Virus record (IMG/VR): IMGVR_UViG_3300010396_000042
Coordinates: 1-64,000 of that record
From: a virus
Length of the DNA stretch: 64,000 bases
Direction: 5' to 3' (one strand)
Made by a program: the position numbers and the translations under genes. The first letter of the stretch is position 1, and every line of letters begins with the position of its first letter. A model generated the notes under the pieces. It was not told the origin of the DNA. It was given only the letters and a program-made list of their open reading frames with translations, and searched no databases. Positions 9,425 through 19,853 of the stretch are shown here, piece by piece.

Positions 9425-10306
9425 GTGACGTACGTGTACAGCAACGGACAGGACGTCGCGCTCAACGTCACCGTCCTGAACGACGCGCAGCTGCCGGCCA
9501 ACGCCGCCAGCGTCACCGTCACCGTCACCCAGCCCGACGGCAGCACCCTGACCCCCACCCCGATCAACGCCGGCCCGGGCGTCTATCAGGCGGTCGTCGC
9601 CGCGCCGACGCAGACCGGCACCTACCTGGTGCACTGGTCAGCGTCAGGGTCCGGATTCAGCTTCAGCTACGACGATCAGTTCCAGGTACGCCCCACCGGT
9701 GTCGAGCAGATCGTGGACCTGGCCTCGACCAAGGCGCACCTGAACATGCGCGCCGACGACACGTCGCAGGACGCTGAGCTGATGGGGTTCATCCTCGCGG
9801 CCACCCCGGTGATCCGCGACATGATCGGGCCGATCGTCCCCGAGCAGCACGTCGAGTTCTTCGACGGCGGCGTGATGACGATCTCGGTGGCGTGGCAGCC
9901 GCTGATCTCGATCCAGTCGATCTACGAGTACTACGGCCTGAGCAAATTCCTGCTCACCGAGCAGCCGCTCGGCACCCAGATGAACGCCTTCGGGTTCACC
10001 GTCGACTACATCACCGGTCAGGTCACCCGCCGCACGTTCGGCGGCGAAGCGGCCCTCTTCGCTGACGGCGACAAAAACGTCGAAGTGCACTACACCGCCG
10101 GACGCGGCGACATCCCCTACAACGTGCGCCTCGGCGCGCTGGAGTTCATCCGGCACAACTGGTCGATGACCCAGCAGGCCGGCCGCCCCCGCGTGCGCCC
10201 TGGCATGGACGGCGGCGGCGAGATGGCCGTACCGATCGGCTTCGCCGTCCCAGACAGGGTCGTCGAATTACTCAGCCCGCACCGACGGCCGCCCGGGATC
10301 GCCTGA
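9425..10306 (+). CDS. Head-tail connector/adaptor with N-terminal Ig-like domain
   Basis: LASTKAHLN..DAEL..FILAAT and VEVHYTAG motifs of gp6/gp15-like adaptors. Confidence 0.75.
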   Translation: MTYVYSNGQDVALNVTVLNDAQLPANAASVTVTVTQPDGSTLTPTPINAGPGVYQAVVAAPTQTGTYLVHWSASGSGFSFSYDDQFQVRPTGVEQIVDLASTKAHLNMRADDTSQDAELMGFILAATPVIRDMIGPIVPEQHVEFFDGGVMTISVAWQPLISIQSIYEYYGLSKFLLTEQPLGTQMNAFGFTVDYITGQVTRRTFGGEAALFADGDKNVEVHYTAGRGDIPYNVRLGALEFIRHNWSMTQQAGRPRVRPGMDGGGEMAVPIGFAVPDRVVELLSPHRRPPGIA

Positions 10307-10773
10307 TGCCCGTCGTCATCCCCGACTCCTCGATCCCCGCCGCGAAGCTCTACCTCTTCGACCAGCTCACCGCGACCTTCCAAGGCGTGCCCGGGGTGGG
10401 GGTGTACCTGGACGAACCGCCCACCGACCCGCCACCCGAGGACGACGTGGTCATGGTCGGGGACATCGAGCAGACCTGGGAACCCTGGGAACTGGTCGGT
10501 TCCGGCGGCGACGGCTGGCTCTTCGAGAAGTACTCGATCGACGTCACCGTCTCGGTCTACCGCGGCGGCGACGAACCACGCGACGTCCTGAATCAAGCCG
10601 CCGCCCTGGTCAAGCAGGTCGCCGCCGTCGTGCGCGTCGACCCGAGCCTCGGCGGCAACGTCCTGCAGGCCTACCCCGCCTCGGCGAACTACAAGTCCGG
10701 CTGGTCCGACGAGGGCGCTTCCGGCCGCGTGACCGAGGTGGAGATGAAGATCGCCATCGAGGCCCCGCAGTAG
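10306..10773 (+). CDS. Tail completion/terminator-like protein
   Basis: DPSLGG motif; position before tail tube; TGATG coupling. Confidence 0.6.
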   Translation: MPVVIPDSSIPAAKLYLFDQLTATFQGVPGVGVYLDEPPTDPPPEDDVVMVGDIEQTWEPWELVGSGGDGWLFEKYSIDVTVSVYRGGDEPRDVLNQAAALVKQVAAVVRVDPSLGGNVLQAYPASANYKSGWSDEGASGRVTEVEMKIAIEAPQ

Positions 10774-10875
10774 CCGCAGCGTCCCGCGCAGCCGCAACCC
10801 CCTGACATTCCGCCGCCCGGCGCCCCCGGGCCGCTTCGCCCTGCCCCATCCAGGCCCGCCACGGGAGGCCGACGC

Positions 10876-11103
10876 ATGCCGCAAGTCACCTACATCTACC
10901 GCGGCGAGCGGGAGCGGCGCTACCCGTACCCGCCGATCTGCCGGCTCCTGCGGCCCGGCGACGAGATCGACCTCGACCCCGACGAGGTGCCGAAAGACAT
11001 CCCCCTCGAGCCCAAGGCCCCCGCGCAGGGCGAGCAGGCCGAGCCGAAACCCGCCGCCGGCCGCCGCGGCCGGACCGCCCGCACCACGCAGCAGGAGGGC
11101 TGA
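10876..11103 (+). CDS. Hypothetical protein
   Basis: GGAGG RBS; fills the gap before the tail tube gene. Confidence 0.6.
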   Translation: MPQVTYIYRGERERRYPYPPICRLLRPGDEIDLDPDEVPKDIPLEPKAPAQGEQAEPKPAAGRRGRTARTTQQEG

Positions 11104-11106
11104 TCC

Positions 11107-12090
11107 GTGACCGCGAACCCGCATCCGACATACGCCAGCTTCTTGGGAGTCTCCGCGCCGGAGGCTTCGTTCGCCGCGGGCGGCCTGCCGGCGGCATTCA
11201 TCCCCGTGAAGTCCATGACGCCGTCCGACAAGCTCGTCTGGCTCGAGGACGAGGGCTGGCGCGGCGCCCCGGTCAAGACCTACGGCGGCACACCCGGCCC
11301 GCTGTACGCGGAGTTCGAGTTCGCCGGCGACGTCTACGCCGACGCCATCGGCTACGTGTACGTCGGTCTGCTCGGCGACGTCACCGTCACCGGCTCGGTC
11401 GCGCCCTACACGACCGCCGCGGCGGTGCTGTGCTCGGGCAGCCAGCAGCCGCCCACCTACTGCTTCACCGACTGGAACAGCAACATCACCGGCTACCAGC
11501 TCGCCGGCGCGCGGCTGAGCGAGATGGGGCTGAAGTTCTCCGGCACCGGCAAGCTCGAGTACGACGCCAAGGCGACCGTGGAGTCCAACACGGTCAACGG
11601 CACCAAGCCCTCGTTCATCAATGAGCCCGACCAGATCATCGCCGGGTGGAAGGGCGCCGTGCAGCTCGGCGGCAGCTCGGTGGGGTTCGTCGTGGAGGGC
11701 GAGCAGAACATCAAGCGCGCCGTGGAGATCATCGACGCCGTCGACGGCACCCAGGCTCCCTACTACCTGTTCGCCGGGGAGCTGACGGTCGACGGGAAGC
11801 TGACAATCGTCATGGAGGACGACACCTGGCGCGCGAACTACGTCGCCGGCACCGTCACCTCGATCGACATCAGCTACACCCAGGGCACCGGCGCCACCAC
11901 GCAGCAGGTCAAGACCCACTGCTCGACGATCCGGATCGAGGACGCGAAGGTCAACCGCGGCAAGTCCTACGCCGAGCTGGAGCTCACCTACACCGCGGAC
12001 GCCAACACCTCCGACGTCGGCGCGTCCGGCGGCTTCTCCCCGATCAAGGTCACGCTGCAGAACGCCAACCCCAGCGGAACTTACAAGTAG
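11107..12090 (+). CDS. Major tail (tube) protein
   Basis: 327 aa beta-rich protein directly upstream of the chaperone and tape measure genes. Confidence 0.8.
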   Translation: MTANPHPTYASFLGVSAPEASFAAGGLPAAFIPVKSMTPSDKLVWLEDEGWRGAPVKTYGGTPGPLYAEFEFAGDVYADAIGYVYVGLLGDVTVTGSVAPYTTAAAVLCSGSQQPPTYCFTDWNSNITGYQLAGARLSEMGLKFSGTGKLEYDAKATVESNTVNGTKPSFINEPDQIIAGWKGAVQLGGSSVGFVVEGEQNIKRAVEIIDAVDGTQAPYYLFAGELTVDGKLTIVMEDDTWRANYVAGTVTSIDISYTQGTGATTQQVKTHCSTIRIEDAKVNRGKSYAELELTYTADANTSDVGASGGFSPIKVTLQNANPSGTYK

Positions 12091-12104
12091 CAAGGGCCTG
12101 ATTC

Positions 12105-12581
12105 ATGAACAACGCAACGGTGAACGCCGCGCCCGCGATCGTCACCTTCCCCCTGCGCGTCGAGCTGCCCAAAGGCCAGCACGCGATGCTGCGCGACCCC
12201 GAAGAGGTCTCCGAACGGCTGCGCCGCCCCTACGTGGACAGGCGGCAGTCCGCGATCGCCAGCGCCCTGTCCGACGGCGTGAGCGCCGAGGACATCGACG
12301 CCGCGATGAAGGGCACGGACGAGCAGAAGGCGCAGCTCGGCGTGAAGATGCTCGCCTCCGGGATGACCAGCGGCATGCGCGACGCGAGCGACCTGCTGAT
12401 CATCGCGCTGGTCGAGTCGTGGAGCTTCGAGATGCCGATCGCGGTCGATTCGCTGCTCGACCTGCCCTCCAAGACCTACAGTGCGCTGCTCGAGGCCTGC
12501 CAGGGCCTGGCCCCGGGCCTGGACCCCGACTTCGCCCCGAACCCGGACGAGGACTCCCCTACAACGCCCTCAAACGCCTAG
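12105..12581 (+). CDS. Tail assembly chaperone (gpG-like)
   Basis: Position; ESWSF..LLDLP motif; ends at the overlap with a -1 frame ORF. Confidence 0.75.
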   Translation: MNNATVNAAPAIVTFPLRVELPKGQHAMLRDPEEVSERLRRPYVDRRQSAIASALSDGVSAEDIDAAMKGTDEQKAQLGVKMLASGMTSGMRDASDLLIIALVESWSFEMPIAVDSLLDLPSKTYSALLEACQGLAPGLDPDFAPNPDEDSPTTPSNA

Positions 12582-12838
12582 GCGCGGCGCTTGAGGGACG
12601 GCTGCACTATTCGGCCGAGGAACTGCCGATGCGCCGGTACCGCATTTTCCGGCTGTGCAAGCTACTGGGCTGCAAACCCAGCGATCTGCTGGAGGAGTCC
12701 GCGGTCGACCTGGACTGGATGCTGGCCATCGAGGACACCGAGAACGCCGCCGCGCACGCACGCAGCAAACGCTCCGCGGGCAGGACCCAATCCGCTCGCC
12801 GCCCGGCCTACCAGGGAGGCGGATTCAATGTCGGATAG
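12557..12838 (+). CDS. Tail assembly chaperone frameshift extension (gpGT-like, -1 frame)
   Basis: Open -1 frame reading PYNALKRLG...RLCKLLGCKPSDLL; candidate slip site TCCCCT at 12555-12560. Confidence 0.6.
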   Translation, partial: PYNALKRLGAALEGRLHYSAEELPMRRYRIFRLCKLLGCKPSDLLEESAVDLDWMLAIEDTENAAAHARSKRSAGRTQSARRPAYQGGGFNVG

Positions 12839-13316
12839 CCCCCTCGGCGTCACCATCAAGGGCCTGCGCGAGGCCCAGGCCGAACTCAAGCAGATCGCGC
12901 ACGAGGGCGATGATGCCACCAAGGCCGCGGTCAACGCCGCGGGCGCCCTGGTGGCGCGCAGCATCAAGTCCCGGATGCGCGGCAAGCCCCGGTGGAACCA
13001 CCGCGGCGCCTCCAAGCGCACCGGCCCGGAAGTGAACACCGGCGGCCCCGCGCACTCCCCGCGCGGCGGCGGCCCGGGCAAGTTCACCGGCACCCTCGCC
13101 TCCGGCGTGCGCAAATCCCGCCGCCCGCGGCCCGCGCCGGGCGGCTTCTCCGGTGCGGTGATCATGGGATCGAAGGACACGAAGATCCGCAACCTGTACA
13201 AGGGCCGCACCGAGGAGAACTTCCCGTTCTGGGCCCCCGGTGTCGCCGCCGCGACACCCAAGGTCGAGGCCGTCTGGGAGAAGGCCTGGACCCGCGTCAT
13301 CGACAAGCACCGCTGA
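12828..13316 (+). CDS. HK97 gp10-like tail-associated protein
   Basis: VTIKGLRE start, TGTLASGV and PFWAPG motifs; GGAGG RBS. Confidence 0.65.
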   Translation: MSDSPLGVTIKGLREAQAELKQIAHEGDDATKAAVNAAGALVARSIKSRMRGKPRWNHRGASKRTGPEVNTGGPAHSPRGGGPGKFTGTLASGVRKSRRPRPAPGGFSGAVIMGSKDTKIRNLYKGRTEENFPFWAPGVAAATPKVEAVWEKAWTRVIDKHR

Positions 13317-13399
13317 CCGGTTCCTGAACCCGGGCCGCCTGGGTTCACGCATCGCAGCATCGACCCGGACCGGCCCACCCACCGCCGAGCGCGACGGGG

Positions 13400-16240
13400 G
13401 TGGGCGCGGTGTCGATGAAATTGTTCCTGGAGATCCTCGGCGTCAACAAGGGCGCCAAGGCGATCATCGGCGACACCGTCAAAGACCTCGACGGCCTGGG
13501 CAAGAAGAGCTCGTCGAACTTCGACAAGCTCGCCAAGGCCGGCGGGGCCGCGTTCAAGGCGGTGGCCGCCGGCGGCGCCGCGGTCGCGATCGCGACCGTG
13601 CACATGGCCGCGGACTTCCAGCAGTCCACCTCTCGCCTGGTGACCGACGGCGGCGAGTCCGCCGGGGCGCTGAAGAAGGTCCAGGACGGGATCCTCGGCC
13701 TGATGGGGCAGGTCGGCGACAGCGCCCCGCAGCTGGTCGACGCGATGAACACCATCGAGTCCGCCGGGTTCCACGCCGCCCAGGGCGGCCTGGACGTCCT
13801 CAAGGTCGCCGCACAGGGCGCGAAAGTCGGCAACGCCGACCTGGCCACCACTGCCAACGCCCTGACATCCGCGCTCAACGCCTATGGCCTCAAGGCCAAG
13901 GACGCGACCGGCGTGATGAACCAGATGATCGCGACGGTCGCCGCGGGCAAGATGCACATGCAGGACCTCGCCAGCTCATTGTCGAACGTGCTGCCGGTCG
14001 CCGCAGCCGCGCACATCTCGTTCGCCCAGGTCGGCGGCGCGATCGCCACCATGACCGCGCAGGGCATGTCCGCGCAGCAGGCGACTCAGGACCTTGCGAA
14101 CACGATCCGGTCGCTGCAGAACCCCAACGGCACCGCGATCAAGGAGATGACGGCCCTCGGCCTGAACTCCAACAAGGTCGCCGACGACCTCGGCAAGAAG
14201 GGCCTGACCGGGACCCTCGACGATCTGACCTCCGCGATCGCCAAGCACGTCAAGGGCGGCGACGTCTTCATCAGCTCCCTGAAGAGCTCGAAGATCGCCG
14301 CGGCGGACCTGCAGACCATGATGAAGCAGCTGCCGCCCAGCCTGCAGAAAACCGCCCAGGCGTTCCTCGCCGGGCATCTGACCCAGAAGCAGTGGACCGC
14401 CGACCTCAAAGGGCTGCCTCCGCTGCAGGCGAACCTCGCCAGCCAGTTCGCGACCACCGCCAAGCAGGCCAACGGCTTCAACGACCTGCTCAAGTCCGGC
14501 ACCCCGCAGGCGCAGACCTTCAACGCCGCCCTCTCCGACATGCTCGGCGGCGCCACCGGCCTGAGCACCGCCTTGATGCTCACCGGCACGCACACCGCGA
14601 CGTTCAACGACAACGTCAAGTCCATCGCCGGCGCCGCATCCGAAGGAAAAGGCCAGGTCAAGGACTGGGCTACCGTCCAGAAGAACTTCAACCAGCAGCT
14701 CGATGTCGCCAAGGCGCAGGTCGAAGCCCTCGGCATCAAGATCGGCACCGCGCTGATGCCGTACGCCGAGAAGATGCTGCACGCCACCATGGACCTGGTC
14801 CACTGGTTCGGCCAGCACAAGGCCGCGGCGCAGGCCCTGGGCGCCGTGATCGCCGGAGTGCTGTCCATCGCGATCGGCGCCTACTTCCTCAAACTCGCCA
14901 AGGGGGTCGTCGACTCCGCGAAGTCGCTGGGCGATTTCGCCTCCGGGACCGTGAAGGCCTTCAAGACCGCGGGCGGCGCGATCTCCAGTGGAGCCGGGAA
15001 GATCGGCGACCTGGCCTCGGCCGCGAAAAGCGGCTTCGACACCGTCGCGCTCAAGGGCATGTACGCCAAGGACAAGCTCGTCGAGCTGGCGTCATCCGGC
15101 GCTAGCAAGCTCGCCACCCTCGGCACGAACATCGCCGAATGGGCGTCCTCGGCAGGTTCGGCGATGGCCAGCGCGGGCAAGGCCGTATGGGGATACGCGG
15201 TCAAGCTCGGCGAAATGGCCGCCGAGGCCGCAGCCAGCTTCGTCGCGATGGCCGCCGACGCCCTGGTGTGGGCCGGGGAGATGCTGGTGGCCGGCGCTAC
15301 GGCGCTGCTGCCGTTCCTGCCGATCATCGCTGCCGTCGCCGCGGTCGGCGTGGCCGCGTACCTGCTCTACAAGTACTGGGACAAGATCTGGGCGTTCATC
15401 AAGGACGTCGTCCTGGACGCCTACCACTGGATCCGCTCGCACCTGCTGCTGGTGGCCGCGATCGTCGCCGCGCCGCTCGTGCCGCTGATCCTTCTGTGGA
15501 AGAACTGGTCGCGTATCTGGGCCGACATCAAGGCGATCGGCCTGGCCGCGTGGCACTTCCTCGACGACGACGTGATCCAGCCGATCATCCGCTTCGGCAT
15601 CTGGTATATCAGGACCGAGATTCAGGTCCTGGAGAAGATCTGGACGACGTCCTGGAACGCGCTGAAGACGGCGGCGCTGGCCGTGTGGCACTTCCTGGAC
15701 GGCGACATCTTCCAGCCGATCGTGCGCTACGGCATCGACCCGGTCCGCGACGGTATCAACGACCTGAAAAACGTGTGGGACTCGGCGTGGGGCGAGATCA
15801 AGCGGATCGCGCAGGAAGTCTGGGGCGAGATCGAGCCCGTATTCCACGACATCGAGAACGCAGGCTCGACGATCATGGGCATCTGGAGCGCGATCTCCGG
15901 CGCCAGCGCGGGCGCCGCCGGCGGCAGCGTCTCCAGCGGCATCAACAACGTACTGAAGAACCTGCCGCACAAGAAGGACGGCGGCTGGGTGGGCGGCCCG
16001 AAGGGATCGCCGCAGCTGATCGTCGCGCACGGCGGCGAATACGTGCTGTCCAACGACATGCTCGAGGGCCGCGTCCCGGCCGGAGCAGGCGGCGGCGGGG
16101 GAGCCGGCGGCATGACGATCATCGTGCAGGCCGCCGGTTCCATCCTGACCATGCAGGGCATCTACCAGGATCTGCGCACCCTGTTCCTGCAGGACGGGCG
16201 GCGCCTGCCCTCGACCTGGCCGTCCACCAGCGTGGCCTGA
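13400..16240 (+). CDS. Tape measure protein (TP901-type core)
   Basis: 946 aa Ala-rich protein with Trp-periodic C-terminal repeats; C-terminal GG.V.GP..HGGEYVL. Confidence 0.92.
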   Translation: MGAVSMKLFLEILGVNKGAKAIIGDTVKDLDGLGKKSSSNFDKLAKAGGAAFKAVAAGGAAVAIATVHMAADFQQSTSRLVTDGGESAGALKKVQDGILGLMGQVGDSAPQLVDAMNTIESAGFHAAQGGLDVLKVAAQGAKVGNADLATTANALTSALNAYGLKAKDATGVMNQMIATVAAGKMHMQDLASSLSNVLPVAAAAHISFAQVGGAIATMTAQGMSAQQATQDLANTIRSLQNPNGTAIKEMTALGLNSNKVADDLGKKGLTGTLDDLTSAIAKHVKGGDVFISSLKSSKIAAADLQTMMKQLPPSLQKTAQAFLAGHLTQKQWTADLKGLPPLQANLASQFATTAKQANGFNDLLKSGTPQAQTFNAALSDMLGGATGLSTALMLTGTHTATFNDNVKSIAGAASEGKGQVKDWATVQKNFNQQLDVAKAQVEALGIKIGTALMPYAEKMLHATMDLVHWFGQHKAAAQALGAVIAGVLSIAIGAYFLKLAKGVVDSAKSLGDFASGTVKAFKTAGGAISSGAGKIGDLASAAKSGFDTVALKGMYAKDKLVELASSGASKLATLGTNIAEWASSAGSAMASAGKAVWGYAVKLGEMAAEAAASFVAMAADALVWAGEMLVAGATALLPFLPIIAAVAAVGVAAYLLYKYWDKIWAFIKDVVLDAYHWIRSHLLLVAAIVAAPLVPLILLWKNWSRIWADIKAIGLAAWHFLDDDVIQPIIRFGIWYIRTEIQVLEKIWTTSWNALKTAALAVWHFLDGDIFQPIVRYGIDPVRDGINDLKNVWDSAWGEIKRIAQEVWGEIEPVFHDIENAGSTIMGIWSAISGASAGAAGGSVSSGINNVLKNLPHKKDGGWVGGPKGSPQLIVAHGGEYVLSNDMLEGRVPAGAGGGGGAGGMTIIVQAAGSILTMQGIYQDLRTLFLQDGRRLPSTWPSTSVA

Positions 16241-16295
16241 CCCGCCCACACGACCTGGCCGGCGCGGCCGCACGGCGCATCCCCGGGGGTGAGCG

Positions 16296-19196
16296 GTGCC
16301 CGCCAACCCGGCGATCAACCCGAACTGGCCTGTGCTGCTCGCCGAGTTCCAGGGCACCGCCTCCCCGTACTACGGCAGCGGCGGCCTGACCGGGTACACC
16401 GACTTCACCAAGCGGCTGATCCGCGAATGGTCGATCAACCGCGGCCGCCAGTACGAACTGGACCAGATCGAACCCGGCAAGACGAACCTGGTCTGGAACA
16501 ACATCGACGGGCAGCTCGACCCCGCGAGCAGCTCGTCGGTGTTCGCCGGCGCGCTGCTGCCCTACCGGGCCTGGCGCATGCGCATGCAGTGGCCGCCCAC
16601 GCCCAACCGCCTCACTGCGGACCAGTCCACCGCCGGGGAATCGACCCCGATCGCGCCGGGCGCGATCCCGGCGTCGATGAACATCGGCGGCAACGTGGCC
16701 ACCCCGGTCATCGCCGCCTCCGCCAGCGCCTATCAGGGCAGCCAGGTCTACCAGGTCACCGTCCCCGGCTCCGCCGCGTCCGGGGCGCTGCTGCTCTCGA
16801 TCCAGTCGCTCTCGGTGCGCGCCACCGTCCCCGATGGGGACAGCCCGGTGGCGTTCACCGCCTCGTTCTTCGTGCGCTCCAACACCGTGGGCGCCAACCC
16901 GCAGCTCGCCGCCGCGATCACCTGGCGCTCCTTCGCCGGCACGCAGGTCGCCATCACCCAGGGCGCCACCGTCACCGCCACCGGGTCGACCAGCTCCGGC
17001 TGGACGCGCCTGGTGGTCTCCGCCTATCCCCCGGCCGGGGCGATGAGCGCGGATATGGAGGTCGTGCTCGCCGCCGCCGGACCCGCCGGCACGTGGACGT
17101 TCCAAGCCGACGCCCCGCAGTTCGAAGTCGGCTCCGCCGCCTCCGGCTGGACGCAATCCGGGCTGTGGTACCCCGTCTACGCCGGCATGGTCGAGCGCTA
17201 CCCCCCGGCATGGGACCACGCCGGGAACTTCGGCACCATCACCCCGATCGTCGTGGACACCCTCGCGCTGCTGTCCAACGTGCAGCTGCCCGACCCCCTG
17301 ACCAACGCGGTCTTCACCCCGTCCGGCGGCTCCAAGCCCACCTTCGCGTACCTGCTGGGCGATCCCTCCGGCTCGAGCCAGTTCGCCGACACCACCGGCA
17401 ACCGCGGCTTCGCGCAGATGGTGCCCAGCAAGTACGGCGCCGGCACCATCACCCCCGGCACGCAGCTGACCTCAGCCACCCCGTCGCTGCTGCCCCTGGG
17501 CGTGCCCGGCCAGAGCGTCACGAACATCACCACCACCGCCGGCTGCGGCCTGCAGTTCCCGACCAACGCCATGTCCTGGATCTCCCTGCCGCCCAACTCC
17601 GCGAGCGTCGCAGGCCCCGGCAACGGCACCGGCCTGGGTTTCACCCGCATGGTGGCGTTCCGCCTCACCGCCACCCCGACCTACCGCGCCGTCCTGATGG
17701 CCGCGCAGAACCCGACCGCCGTCAACGCCATCGGCCTGAACATCGAACCCAGCCTGCACATGAGCCAGGTCTGGAACGACGCCAACCACACCTTCGGCAT
17801 CCAGACCAGCGCCTCCCAGGTCGCGGACATCGGCAACTGGCACCTGGGCTGGATCGGGGTCTCCGCCGACGGGCTGACCGACCTCTACGGCCTCGACGGC
17901 GCCATGCTCACCGACACCTACACCACCCCTCTCGCGTTCACCGGCGGGTTCACCAACGACCTGGTCGGCGCCACCGCGGTGTCCTGGGACCCCTACAGCG
18001 CCGCCTGGAACTTCGTCGGCGACATCGCCTACGTGATCGAATGGCCGTTCTTCCTCACCCCGGCGCAGATCTCCACCATCTACACCACGTGGCGCACCGC
18101 GTTCGCCGGAGACTCCTCCGGGCAGCGCTACGCGCGCATCGCCGGCTGGGCCGGTTACACCGGGGCGAGCGCCATCGACTTCGGCAACTCCACCAGCCTC
18201 GGGCCGGCCACCGACGTCGCCGGCATCGACGCGTTCTCCGCCCTGGAGGCGGTGGCCGAGACCGAGAACGGGCAGCACTTCGTCGCCAAGGACGGCACGC
18301 TGACCTTCTACGCCCGCCAGCGCCGCTACGTCGGCACCTCCCCGACCGCGATCGCCGCCACCTTCGGGGAGAAGGTCGCCGCCGGCGAGTTCCCGTACGA
18401 GGACTGCAAGTTCGACTTCGACACCGCGCACCTGGCCAACAACATCACCATCACCCAGGTATCCACCGGCCAGCAGGTCACCGCGATCGACCAGACCAGC
18501 CAGGACGCGTACGGCTCGCAGACCCTCACCCAGTCCAACCAGTCCACGGACCTGCAGGAATGCCAGGACCAGGCCGACTACCTGGTCTCCCGGTACAAGG
18601 ACCCCCACCTGCGGATCAACAAGCTGACCGTGCACCCCTCGGCGATGGCCAAGGCGCTGCCCGGGATCTGGCCCGCGATGCTCGGCCTGGACCTGGGTTC
18701 GCGGTTCCTGGTCAATCGCCGGCCACCGTCCCCGGCGGTCACCGAGTCTCTGCCCGTGTTCGTGGAGCAGCAGAACTGGACCGCGAAGGACAACAACGAC
18801 GTCACCATCGACTTGCAGGGCGCGCCCGCGGACCTGACCCCCTACGCCCTGTTCACCACCCTGCACGCGAGCCTGAAGAACGCGGTGAGCGGCCCGACGA
18901 ACAGCATCGTGCTCAAACCGCTGAGCGACGCGGCGACCAACCCCGCGAACGCGACCCTCTACGCAGGGCAGCAGCTGACGATCGACTACGGCCTGAGCAC
19001 GCAGGAGACGGTCACCATCCAGAGCGTGGGCGCCACCAGCCCCGGATACACCTCCGTGACACTCACCCTGACCGGCAACACCACCCAGCTGCACTCCGCG
19101 GGCGCGAACGTGAGCGAAGTGATGCCCGCCGGCTCGGCGTCCACCACGATCTACGACCAGCTCGCGATCTTCGGCACCGCCCTGTTCGCCTACTGA
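16296..19196 (+). CDS. Minor tail/baseplate protein with carbohydrate-binding-like and LamG-like regions
   Basis: INRGRQYELD N-terminus, GNWHL..V and AVAETENG motifs; follows the tape measure gene. Confidence 0.75.
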   Translation: MPANPAINPNWPVLLAEFQGTASPYYGSGGLTGYTDFTKRLIREWSINRGRQYELDQIEPGKTNLVWNNIDGQLDPASSSSVFAGALLPYRAWRMRMQWPPTPNRLTADQSTAGESTPIAPGAIPASMNIGGNVATPVIAASASAYQGSQVYQVTVPGSAASGALLLSIQSLSVRATVPDGDSPVAFTASFFVRSNTVGANPQLAAAITWRSFAGTQVAITQGATVTATGSTSSGWTRLVVSAYPPAGAMSADMEVVLAAAGPAGTWTFQADAPQFEVGSAASGWTQSGLWYPVYAGMVERYPPAWDHAGNFGTITPIVVDTLALLSNVQLPDPLTNAVFTPSGGSKPTFAYLLGDPSGSSQFADTTGNRGFAQMVPSKYGAGTITPGTQLTSATPSLLPLGVPGQSVTNITTTAGCGLQFPTNAMSWISLPPNSASVAGPGNGTGLGFTRMVAFRLTATPTYRAVLMAAQNPTAVNAIGLNIEPSLHMSQVWNDANHTFGIQTSASQVADIGNWHLGWIGVSADGLTDLYGLDGAMLTDTYTTPLAFTGGFTNDLVGATAVSWDPYSAAWNFVGDIAYVIEWPFFLTPAQISTIYTTWRTAFAGDSSGQRYARIAGWAGYTGASAIDFGNSTSLGPATDVAGIDAFSALEAVAETENGQHFVAKDGTLTFYARQRRYVGTSPTAIAATFGEKVAAGEFPYEDCKFDFDTAHLANNITITQVSTGQQVTAIDQTSQDAYGSQTLTQSNQSTDLQECQDQADYLVSRYKDPHLRINKLTVHPSAMAKALPGIWPAMLGLDLGSRFLVNRRPPSPAVTESLPVFVEQQNWTAKDNNDVTIDLQGAPADLTPYALFTTLHASLKNAVSGPTNSIVLKPLSDAATNPANATLYAGQQLTIDYGLSTQETVTIQSVGATSPGYTSVTLTLTGNTTQLHSAGANVSEVMPAGSASTTIYDQLAIFGTALFAY

Positions 19197-19282
19197 CCAC
19201 CACCAGCCGGCGCCCCGCCGAGCAGCCGCGCACCGCAGCGACCGCAACGGGCCCCGGGCCTCTCTGTTCTGAAGGAGGCCCG

Positions 19283-19819
19283 GTGTCGCTCGCTTTCCCG
19301 TCCCTCGCGGTCGTCTCCCCCGGCACGCCGATCACCAGCGCGCTGTGGATGAGCAACGTCTACAACGGCCTGACATACCTGAGCAATCCCCCGGCCGCCA
19401 CGCTCGTGCAGACCAGCGCCGCCACCAGCCTGGCGAACAGCACCTGGACGCCGATCTCGTTCGACAGCTCGACGTTCGACAACTACGGCGGCCACTCGAA
19501 CGTCACCAACACCTCCCGCTACACCATCGCGCAGGCCGGCAAATACCTGATCACCGGGAACGTGGCGTTCGCGTTCAACGCCGGCGGCGACCGCGCAGCG
19601 AAGATCATGAAGAACGGGGCGGTACTGCAAGGCCCTTACTCGCTCGTCGGCGCGTCCGGGGGCCACCCGACCTCCGTGCCCACCGCGGGGTTCATCCTGC
19701 CCTGCGCCATCGGCGACTACCTGGAACTGGCCGGCTACCAGAACAGCGGCGGCTCGCTCAACACCCTGATCTCAGTCGACCAGAGCAGCTACCTCACAGC
19801 CATCTGGCTCTCCGAATAA
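19283..19819 (+). CDS. Minor tail/fibre protein (C1q/TNF-like fold likely)
   Basis: GTG start with GAAGGAGG RBS; SRYTI..AGKYLI and GDYLELAGYQNSG motifs. Confidence 0.7.
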   Translation: MSLAFPSLAVVSPGTPITSALWMSNVYNGLTYLSNPPAATLVQTSAATSLANSTWTPISFDSSTFDNYGGHSNVTNTSRYTIAQAGKYLITGNVAFAFNAGGDRAAKIMKNGAVLQGPYSLVGASGGHPTSVPTAGFILPCAIGDYLELAGYQNSGGSLNTLISVDQSSYLTAIWLSE

Positions 19820-19853
19820 TGCACGAGCCATCACGCGGAAGGCGGCGGACCCC

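Noticed and set aside
709-12093. Long antisense ORFs opposite structural genes
   Set aside because: Expected artefact of high GC3 coding on the plus strand
16289-19282. 1176-aa ORF overlapping the tail gene
   Set aside because: Arg/Pro-rich off-frame shadow of 16296-19196; only 19283-19819 has an RBS and a protein-like sequence
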